Positions 45,101 through 52,031 of a DNA stretch of 64,000 nucleotides are shown piece by piece. This stretch comes from Candidatus Moraniibacteriota bacterium (GTDB lineage: Bacteria; Patescibacteriota; Minisyncoccia; Moranbacterales; UBA1568), in assembly GCA_028711705.1 (NCBI GenBank), contig JAQTRS010000003.1, positions 109,966 through 173,965 of the forward strand, read 5' to 3'. The notes beneath the pieces were generated by a model that was not told the DNA's origin, ran no database searches, and worked only from the letters and a program-made list of their open reading frames with translations. Each line of letters opens with the position of its first letter. The stretch's first letter is position 1. A program made the position numbers and the translations under genes.

Positions 45101-47970
45101 CCCCGACATTTGGTGGCGACGGTATTCGGGGAGTGAGTGTCAATTTCAATAACAATTCTTATTTATGTTCAGACGCGAACTCGGATGGTACGTGTGATGC
45201 GGATGCTGACTTCAATGCTGGTACGGTGAGTTTCACCGTTTCTTTATGGTTCAAGCATTCGACTACGGCAGCAGCCGATACGTTGTTCGAACGATGTTAT
45301 ACTCCCGTGGCGGCAACAGCGGCCGTCGGGTGTATATATGCCGGAATGCATACGACCGGGCAGATCCGTTTCGCTATCGATAGCCTTACGACGTGGACGT
45401 ATAACACTACCTATGATGACACTATTCTTTCGACTGCAACCTATAATGATAACCAATGGCATCATGCTGTGTTCACTAATACTGACACGGATATCTGTAT
45501 GTATATCGATGGGAAGCAGGCAGTAGCGTGCGACAGCACTATTGCAGCTACCGCGACAATGGATGCTTCGCAGGTATTGACGGTCGGAGGGTCGTGTGCT
45601 GGCGCGAACTGTGTGACGGGTGCGAACTTTTGGGATGGATCGATTGATGAGCTCGTGTGGAGTTCGAACGGTGGTACGACAAATGATGGATTAGCAGCGC
45701 AAAGCGCCAACAAACTTTATTTGGATGGTCGGGCCCACATGATACGGCCTTCTGATACGGTGGTTGATGCCACAACTTTTTCATCGACTACTATAGGGGA
45801 TTCCGCAGAAAATTATGTTCCAGGGTCGTTCGTGGGACTGGTTGTGGAGTTGAACGGTGGAACCGGCGCCGGACAAACGAGAACGATTATTTCTAACGAT
45901 GCGACTACCTTTACTGTGTATCCGGCATTCACGACTGTGCCCGATGCTACGACTGACTATCAGGTAAGTCCCGCGAAGCTGTATGGAGTGAACGGGGTTA
46001 CGGCTATTTCAGCGGATATGCCGACCAATCTCAACAAGATCCGCAAGGTCTATGTGGGAACGAGTAATGGATCGGATGGCGGAGGCATCAGTGTCTTTAC
46101 CAATGCCGGCGCTGGTTCAATTAAGACGGATGTGATTCATTCGGATGCCGGTTATCCAGCGGATGATTTCGGTTCGACGTGGTCAGGAACAGATGCTGAC
46201 GATATTAGCGCTATCGCTTCCTATTCCGATACGGTAGCCTTCGGTTCTGGTGCATTTTTGCGAGCGAAACGAAATGAAGTCAGTTTGAAGCAGCTTCAGT
46301 TAGATACTATAGGAGGGCTTGAAGATATTCGTCAAGAATTGGTCTCCAAACAGCTCTTCGGATCGACTCAGGACGTACTTGGTTTGGGTCAGGGAGCCGA
46401 CCTTGCAGAGCGTTATTATTCTGATGAATCTCTGATGGCGGGCACTATCATTTCTATAGATCCATCGCTTGATAATGGCGTTAAAAAGTCGACAGGGGCG
46501 TATCAGAAAGATATGCTCGGCGTTGTTGCTACCAAGCCAGGAATCACTTTGGGATCGGTACAAGATAACGCTTATCCTGTGGCTCTTGTTGGACGAGTGC
46601 CTGTTCTTGTGACGAATGAATCGGGGCAGATCTATGCAGGGGATAGGATAACTTCTTCTTCGGTTCCAGGCTATGGTATGCTTGCTATCAAAGCGGGGAG
46701 AGTGGCCGGAACCGTACTCGAGGATGCTTCGGGTTGGGATACCTGTCCTGCCGGAGTGATCACCGATGGACGAAATATCAAGTGCACAAGCGTGATGGTT
46801 TTTGTCAATCTTACGGATTATAACGGTCGATCGATCGATGTCGCGATGAAAGAGCACGCTCAGCAGCAAGCTCTTACCGGTGGCAATATCGATGGTTTGC
46901 AAGTGGACGGGTCAGTGGATACCGCGGTTCTTCCTGGCGACGAGGCTAATACCAATGGCGTCATCACTATTCTCAATACAGCTAGCAATGATCAGGATTT
47001 TTCGAGGCAGCAGCAAATACTATCCTTTTTGAATGATCTTAAAGAGGAACAAGCGAAATTTTCGCAGCAATCATCGGAGATATTTACCGATCAATTGTAT
47101 GCTGCGGACGGCGTCGTTACCCCGCAGTTGGTTGCAGATCTTATCATCGCCAAGCATATCAAGGCGGATTCGATAGAAGGTTTGGAGGTGTTTACGGATA
47201 AAATCGGCAGTCTTTCCGATCGCATCACGAATCAGGACAAGGACGTGACGACGCAGCAGCTTACGGCCGGAGATGCTGAAATCGGTTCATTGGCACTCGA
47301 AAGCGCGAAGGTGTCGATGAATATGGATGTCGCCGGCAAGCTTAAGGTGGGAGGCTTGATTGTCAGTGACAGTGCCACATTCAAGAATGATACTTTGTTC
47401 AATAAACTCGTTTCATTTATCGGAAAGGTTGTCTTCAAGAGCGATGTCGCTTTTGAAAAAACACCGACCTTTGGTAAGGATACGGCCGGATTCGCCAAGA
47501 TTGCCAAGGGTGCCGATCGGGTGGAAATCGTGTTTGGAACCGTGTATGAGAGGACGCCGATCGTGCAGGCGATGATGGTTTTCGATGATGAAAAGGCACT
47601 CGATACCGATGCGTCCGATGCGAATTCGGGCAATGATTCCGCGCCAGCCGTTTCCGGAGCGTCTTCTTCCAAAGAAAAAGATACGATCCAAAGACAATTG
47701 CTTGCCAAAAACTATTCGTACTTCGTGGTCAATCGAACTAAAAAGGGCTTCACCATCATTCTCAATAAACCGGCCGATGAAGACCTTGATTTTTCTTGGG
47801 TAGCTATCGCCGTGGCTGACGCGCAGACATTTGAAAGCAAAAAACCTGAACCTGTCGCAGACCCATCGGTTTCGATTCCTGCGATCACTCCTACGGTTTC
47901 GGAAAAAACTAGTATTCCTTTGATCACAGCGCCTACGACATCTCCTACGCCTATCGCGCCGACTTTGTAA
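42196..47970 (+). CDS. giant secreted protein (1924 aa) with LamG/concanavalin-A-like lectin domain and Thr/Gly-rich beta-repeat regions
   Basis: Signal peptide (FLAFLAIFLVVGFFVSTQEYSFAATG). Long T/G/A/S-rich repeats. LamG-like block (VSLWFKHSTT...NQWHHAVFT...DGSIDELVWSS). The likely start is ATG 42220 (MKNTYRF) after the AGGAGG. Confidence 0.75.
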   Translation: MKEENHTKMKNTYRFRFLAFLAIFLVVGFFVSTQEYSFAATGTNKKINFQGKVVNSNGTNVANGSYGFIFSIYTVSSGGANVWTESKSLTVTDGIFQTDLGDVTTLPGSIDFNTDNIYLGINFNGDGEMSPRVQFDAVPQAFNAQKVAGLTVTDTTGTLTIPNGKTISFADTFSTSGAFATTLTATGTTTVTLPTTGTLATLSGSEILNNKTIGSAGLIFSGAATDITTTSGESLVIVAAGAGTVDIQDATTVDSLTADTGGISIAAGQSYTGSGAVTLSSGGAAGLTIDSASDVLTVATGDYLALSHSGVASAAAGYIWYDSGDNKFKINENGTTKTLCNLTDGGCGSGGASDLQTTYGNDADGSNATISLTAADDGLVFTNPTSGGTDASSFLAYFNQQNTTAAVSAVDITQASNASNAVNITANAIDGEIGLDITANGLTSGKGIDVSSSSTAFTGNLSNISLTGSSAANTGNVLAVSNTGTANANTSFFINHQATGTGNLAMRVDDQSSDATPFVIDGNGNVGIQTSAPTDALQVGSATNRANMTAYGDITAEGYDVQRSLAGIIDIFVYDTTRDADGGEWRNSIISQQMSWATETKDDGIGDACDIAADDRCGKSIFPRKAIIATTASGLYIFDGADNSLWMKFTQAGTYALGADTNNNPTGVGAQNGVIVVGTNGTSATGMYAFDFKQDAMYRYDATNRVQGDKNIGNRNSTVSYATNANTNFALVNSVVNDVSIALITSSTEGMINTLTLPLDSATSPMRGVTLIAAATDTGVSVVNTANQRVFSYSETTNDDYNQVVITSRGRMYATNETQQQLEEWRNIDRDVASELNGNPDRFYDQTVGRSPITTGTAPTISTSPGTLAVIERNSAARESAATTLLETGDIVFVGTDQGLAEVHTSGGSLVGAAWSKITTSTVATPYMVGAARSVYLFEEAAGSTVAASSIGAAGTTNNPLRSAVTGTAPTFGGDGIRGVSVNFNNNSYLCSDANSDGTCDADADFNAGTVSFTVSLWFKHSTTAAADTLFERCYTPVAATAAVGCIYAGMHTTGQIRFAIDSLTTWTYNTTYDDTILSTATYNDNQWHHAVFTNTDTDICMYIDGKQAVACDSTIAATATMDASQVLTVGGSCAGANCVTGANFWDGSIDELVWSSNGGTTNDGLAAQSANKLYLDGRAHMIRPSDTVVDATTFSSTTIGDSAENYVPGSFVGLVVELNGGTGAGQTRTIISNDATTFTVYPAFTTVPDATTDYQVSPAKLYGVNGVTAISADMPTNLNKIRKVYVGTSNGSDGGGISVFTNAGAGSIKTDVIHSDAGYPADDFGSTWSGTDADDISAIASYSDTVAFGSGAFLRAKRNEVSLKQLQLDTIGGLEDIRQELVSKQLFGSTQDVLGLGQGADLAERYYSDESLMAGTIISIDPSLDNGVKKSTGAYQKDMLGVVATKPGITLGSVQDNAYPVALVGRVPVLVTNESGQIYAGDRITSSSVPGYGMLAIKAGRVAGTVLEDASGWDTCPAGVITDGRNIKCTSVMVFVNLTDYNGRSIDVAMKEHAQQQALTGGNIDGLQVDGSVDTAVLPGDEANTNGVITILNTASNDQDFSRQQQILSFLNDLKEEQAKFSQQSSEIFTDQLYAADGVVTPQLVADLIIAKHIKADSIEGLEVFTDKIGSLSDRITNQDKDVTTQQLTAGDAEIGSLALESAKVSMNMDVAGKLKVGGLIVSDSATFKNDTLFNKLVSFIGKVVFKSDVAFEKTPTFGKDTAGFAKIAKGADRVEIVFGTVYERTPIVQAMMVFDDEKALDTDASDANSGNDSAPAVSGASSSKEKDTIQRQLLAKNYSYFVVNRTKKGFTIILNKPADEDLDFSWVAIAVADAQTFESKKPEPVADPSVSIPAITPTVSEKTSIPLITAPTTSPTPIAPTL

Positions 47971-48001
47971 ATAAAATGTTTTGGAGGTATACTATAGACA
48001 T

Positions 48002-48478
48002 ATGAATAAACGTTTGCGTCATACATCACACGGATTCACACTGATTGAACTTTTACTTGTTATTGGAATTATCGCCGTACTTGCGGTAGTGGTTTTCGTG
48101 GCGCTTGATCCTGCGAAACGATTTGTGGATGCTCGAAATTCGAGACGGGTTTCCGATGCGCAGTTCATTCTCACCGCGGTACGCCAGTACGTGATCGACA
48201 ATGGTAGTACACTACCGACTGGTCTTGATACAATCGAGAAACAGCTCGGAACAGGCGTCTCAGGGTGTAGTCTTACGTACGGAGTCTGCAGCGCCAATAC
48301 GAATTATTGCCTTGATATGTCAAGCGATTTGGCGAAATATCTCAAGTCTTTGCCATTCGATCCGAAAGAGGGAACGTCCGTGAAAACTCACTATACGATT
48401 CAAGTCGATAGCAACAATATTATCACGGTACGCGCCTGCGATGCTGAAAACAATGAGGAAATAGTCGTTTCAGGTTAA
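48002..48478 (+). CDS. type IV pilin paralog
   Basis: HG-FTLIELLLVIGIIAVLAVVVFVALDPAKRFVDARNSRR is nearly identical to the N-terminus of the 34725 pilin. Conserved Cys pair. RBS ggagg upstream. Confidence 0.75.
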   Translation: MNKRLRHTSHGFTLIELLLVIGIIAVLAVVVFVALDPAKRFVDARNSRRVSDAQFILTAVRQYVIDNGSTLPTGLDTIEKQLGTGVSGCSLTYGVCSANTNYCLDMSSDLAKYLKSLPFDPKEGTSVKTHYTIQVDSNNIITVRACDAENNEEIVVSG

Positions 48479-48583
48479 AGGGTTTTTCTGTTGTCTGTAA
48501 AAAATAAGGCTCATAAACGAGTTTTTCAAAAAATTCTTTTTGGTAGCGAGATTGTTAATGAATGTGAGAGAATCCACAGTTGT

Positions 48584-49576
48584 ATGAGTTTCCGAGTTTT
48601 TTCTTTCAGCATTGCGGTTTTTACAACAGGAGTCGTGTGCGGTGTTTTTGGATATCGGTTTGTACGAGAGGGCACCTTTGTGGATATTCCCGAGGATACT
48701 TCTCGGCAGATTCGGCAAAATAGCCAGTATGTGTACACCAATCCCTTACTTGAATGCGAAGTAGCGCAGGGTGTTATTGATGTTCAAAAAGAAAATTTTC
48801 AGAAGGATCTGGAGAGTTTTGTTTATGATTTGAAGCAGCGGCGCACATTGACGAATGAGTCGATATATTTTCGTGATCTCAATAACGGACCGGCGTTCGG
48901 TGTCGATGCGAGAGAGGAATTTTTTCCTGCGTCATTGCTTAAGGTTCCGGTTATGATGGCTTATTATCGCTGGGCGGAGTCGGAACCCGGCCTTTTGGGT
49001 ACGGAGATTCTGTATGAGGCGCCGAAGGATTTCGGTATGACGCCGACTATTATCCCTCGTGAGCAGCTGACGGTAGGGCAGAGCTATACCGTGGAGGAAC
49101 TTATCCGTAGGATGATCGTTTATTCGGATAATCAAGCATTAAGACTTCTTTCAAGCCGGTTACCTTTGGAAAAGCTTAGAGACTTGTTTAAGATAGTCGG
49201 AGCTAAAGATGAAGTACTGGTTGATGTGAATGCTCAATTGACCGTCAAAGAATATGCTGGATTTTTCCGTATCCTTTTCAATAGTTCGTATCTTTCGCAT
49301 GATAACTCTGAGAAAGCGTTGAGGCTGCTTGCCATGACGGATTATGATGTTGCCCTTAAAGCAGGTGTCCCCCGTGAGGTGATGGTTTCGCATAAATTCG
49401 GAGAGGCAGGGACAGGTGATACGGAACGGCAATTGCACGATTGCGGTATCGTGTATTTCCCAGGGCATCCGTATCTCGCTTGTATTATGACGCGTGGCAA
49501 GGATATGGATGCTTTACGTCAGGCTATCGAGGACACATCACGTTTTATCTATGATAAAATCGATGGGCCATATTGA
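48584..49576 (+). CDS. serine hydrolase, class A beta-lactamase-like fold
   Basis: N-terminal TM. SxxK (ASLLK), SDN (YSDNQA) and a KxG-like (HKFGEAG) motif. The start is uncertain (ORF track gives a TTG at 48491). Confidence 0.6.
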   Translation: MSFRVFSFSIAVFTTGVVCGVFGYRFVREGTFVDIPEDTSRQIRQNSQYVYTNPLLECEVAQGVIDVQKENFQKDLESFVYDLKQRRTLTNESIYFRDLNNGPAFGVDAREEFFPASLLKVPVMMAYYRWAESEPGLLGTEILYEAPKDFGMTPTIIPREQLTVGQSYTVEELIRRMIVYSDNQALRLLSSRLPLEKLRDLFKIVGAKDEVLVDVNAQLTVKEYAGFFRILFNSSYLSHDNSEKALRLLAMTDYDVALKAGVPREVMVSHKFGEAGTGDTERQLHDCGIVYFPGHPYLACIMTRGKDMDALRQAIEDTSRFIYDKIDGPY

Positions 49577-49657
49577 TATCACCTTGTATTATGTGCACAT
49601 ATTTTGTATACTACAGATGATTTACCGGGTTAAAAAAACAAACGTAATTTTACGATT

Positions 49658-50458
49658 ATGGCGAGAATAAAAGAGGTGCCGCATACCACTATTACCGAAA
49701 TGCGTAAAGCGAAAAGCGTGTCCTCTCCGGCCTCAGAGGCCCCAGCTACGAAACGTTTCGGAATGAAAATATTTGGCAAGTTGTTTCTTATTCTGATCTT
49801 TATCGGCGCGGTCGGTGCTGCCGGGTATTTTTATTATCAGTACCGGAAAGTGACCAAAAACGATCAGTCGGCCGAGACGGCTGCATTGGTCAAGGAGTTG
49901 GGAAGTGTGATGGAGCTGCCGACGGATGAGACGCCGACGCTTGCGACCGTGACTGACAAGGAGAAACTTTCGGAGCAACCGTTTTTCAAGAAGGCAGAAA
50001 ATAATGATAAAGTTCTGATCTACGTGAAGGCAGGCAGAGCTATTCTGTATCGTCCCGCAGTGCACAAGATAGTTGACGTATCAACAATTAATGTAACAAA
50101 TGATCAACAGTCTGGATCCGCTTCCGAGAATGCGAACAAAACATCGTCCCAAGCCGTTCCGGCTTCAAGCGACGTTCATCCGACGCTTGCGTTGTACAAC
50201 GGCGCTAAGACCTTGGGCTTGACGTACAAAGTGGAAGAGCAGATCAAGGCGAGTTTTTCGAATGTCGACGTAGCAAAAAAAGAACCGGCTGCTCAAACGA
50301 ACTATGTGAAAACGGTTGTCGTGGATGTTTCTGGAAAATATAATTCGGTGGCGAATGACATTGCGAAGAATCTTTCTGCCGAAGTGAAATCGCTTCCGGA
50401 TGGCGAATCGAAGCCGGATACCGACATACTTGTTATCATAGGAGAAGACAAGTCGTAG
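49658..50458 (+). CDS. membrane-anchored LytR_C-domain protein
   Basis: TM LFLILIFIGAVGAAGYFYY. C-terminal LytR_C-like domain (LALYNGAKTLGLTYKVEEQIKASF...). Confidence 0.6.
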   Translation: MARIKEVPHTTITEMRKAKSVSSPASEAPATKRFGMKIFGKLFLILIFIGAVGAAGYFYYQYRKVTKNDQSAETAALVKELGSVMELPTDETPTLATVTDKEKLSEQPFFKKAENNDKVLIYVKAGRAILYRPAVHKIVDVSTINVTNDQQSGSASENANKTSSQAVPASSDVHPTLALYNGAKTLGLTYKVEEQIKASFSNVDVAKKEPAAQTNYVKTVVVDVSGKYNSVANDIAKNLSAEVKSLPDGESKPDTDILVIIGEDKS

Positions 50459-50511
50459 TGTGAATTTGACAGACGCATTTTTTTCTGCTATACTGTGTCT
50501 ATAAGAGTTTG

Positions 50512-50556
50512 AAACGGGTGACCTCTCCATGGAGGATTCATCCGTTTTATTTTCTC
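50512..50556 (+). terminator. rho-independent terminator
   Basis: Hairpin aaacgggtgacctctccatggaggattcatccgttt, followed by tattttctc. Confidence 0.6.
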
Positions 50557-50694
50557 TTATATGCCGATGAAGCGAGATCTGTTTGGAACATTTCTATAGT
50601 GTAAATTCTAGAGTTACACCTTGTGAAATGTCTCAGTCGGAAGTATCTTCGGCGGCAGCAAAAACAAAAATAAATAATACGTAAATATAAATAT

Positions 50695-50892
50695 ATGAAC
50701 GACGAAATCAAGGATATTACCACTGGTGAATCCTGTACATGCGAAGGCGATACGTGCCCGCACCAAGAGGAAACACAGGAAACCGGCTTCATGACGAAGT
50801 ATCGTGGTAGTGAGGAGATCGCATTAGCATTCTTGCTTGCATTGACCCCACTCGTAGTCCTTACATTTTTTGGACAAGTAGGACTTATATAA
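50695..50892 (+). CDS. small hypothetical protein (65 aa) with CxCx5C motif and C-terminal TM
   Basis: ESCTCEGDTCPHQEE, then the hydrophobic LAFLLALTPLVVLTFF. It is bracketed by two terminators. No RBS is evident. Confidence 0.25.
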   Translation: MNDEIKDITTGESCTCEGDTCPHQEETQETGFMTKYRGSEEIALAFLLALTPLVVLTFFGQVGLI

Positions 50893-50935
50893 TATAAACG
50901 AAGCTGTCTGTTTTCAGAATCAAAATTGAATACTA

Positions 50936-50963
50936 AAAACCTACCCTTTCGGGTAGGTTTTTT
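50936..50963. terminator. bidirectional rho-independent terminator (for + strand small ORF and minus-strand tRNA-Gly)
   Basis: aaaacctaccc / tttc / gggtaggtttttt, with A-tract and T-tract flanks. Confidence 0.6.
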
Positions 50964-50968
50964 ATGTG

Positions 50969-51040
50969 AGCGGGTGACCGGAATCGAACCGGCGTCCTCA
51001 GCTTGGAAGGCTGATATAATAGCCATTATACGACACCCGC
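50969..51040 (-). tRNA. tRNA-Gly (anticodon TCC)
   Basis: The reverse complement has acceptor GCGGGTG/CACCCGC, anticodon stem TCAGC/GCTGA with loop CTTCCAA (anticodon TCC), and T-arm GCCGG TTCGATT CCGGT. 72 nt. Confidence 0.8.
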
Positions 51041-51104
51041 AAAACTTACTTTCCATAGTATAGCGTGAGAGTCGATTTTTGTCCAGATGTGGTACAATGG
51101 GTGT

Positions 51105-52019
51105 ATGGATATCTTTTCTATCATATTGATCGTGGGGGGACTTTTCCTGTTCGAGGTGATGAGCAGTATCGACAATGCCATCATCAATGCGGAGGTGCTT
51201 TCGACCATGGGCGAGAAGGCGAAAAAATGGTTTTTGACGTGGGGGATTTTCTTCGCGGTGTTCGTGGTGCGCGGACTTTTGCCATGGCTGATCGTGTGGC
51301 TGGCAGTGCCGGGGCTTGGGTTTTTCGACGCGTTCACGGCGGCCTTCAGCAGCGACCCGCGGGTCAAGGAGTCGGTGGACACGGCCGCGCCGATACTGCT
51401 TATCGGAGGCGGCATCTTTCTGATTTTCCTGTTCTTTCACTGGTTGTTCGTGGAGCCGAAAAACTATGGTCTGCGAGGGGAGCGCTTCTTCCATCGGCAG
51501 AGCGCCTGGTTTTACGCGGTCGTGTCGCTTATCCTTATGACGGTGGTGTGGATGGCGCTCAAGCAGAGTCCGATGCTGGCGTTCGGCGCCGTGGTCGGAT
51601 CGACGGTCTTTTTCATCACGCACGGATTCAAGCAACAAGCGGAGGAAAGCGAGAAGCGGCTGATGAAGGGAGGGAGCAGCTCGCTGTCGGATCTGAGCAA
51701 GCTTTTTTATTTGGAGGCGATAGATATGACCTTTTCTTTGGACGGCGTGCTCGGAGCCTTCGCGTTCACGCTTTCGGTGCCGCTCATCCTGATCGGGAAT
51801 AGCCTCGGGGCGCTCGTGGTGCGCCAATTGACCTTGGGTAATATTGAGCGTATTCAGAAGTATAGGTACCTGAAGAACGGAGCGATGTATTCGATAGTGT
51901 TTCTGGGCGCCGTCATGCTGGCGGATGCCTTCGGGGTGCATGTGCCCGCATGGGTATCGCCGGCGGTAACGTTTAGTGCGGTGGGATACTTCCTCTGGAA
52001 ATCGTATCGGGAGTTGTAA
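51105..52019 (+). CDS. integral membrane protein, DUF475/TerC-like
   Basis: Multi-TM with the SIDNAIINAEVL motif typical of the TerC/DUF475 family. The start may be 51087. Confidence 0.6.
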   Translation: MDIFSIILIVGGLFLFEVMSSIDNAIINAEVLSTMGEKAKKWFLTWGIFFAVFVVRGLLPWLIVWLAVPGLGFFDAFTAAFSSDPRVKESVDTAAPILLIGGGIFLIFLFFHWLFVEPKNYGLRGERFFHRQSAWFYAVVSLILMTVVWMALKQSPMLAFGAVVGSTVFFITHGFKQQAEESEKRLMKGGSSSLSDLSKLFYLEAIDMTFSLDGVLGAFAFTLSVPLILIGNSLGALVVRQLTLGNIERIQKYRYLKNGAMYSIVFLGAVMLADAFGVHVPAWVSPAVTFSAVGYFLWKSYREL

Positions 52020-52031
52020 AAACAAAAAACT

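Noticed and set aside
48491-48583. Upstream TTG start for the beta-lactamase-like gene
   Set aside because: The TTG at 48491 has no RBS and adds a 31-aa hydrophilic leader before the TM helix. ATG 48584 gives a conventional N-terminal membrane anchor.
50547-52025. 492-aa ORF on minus strand
   Set aside because: It overlaps tRNA-Gly and runs antisense through the DUF475 membrane-protein gene. Its Arg/His-rich translation is characteristic of an antisense frame.
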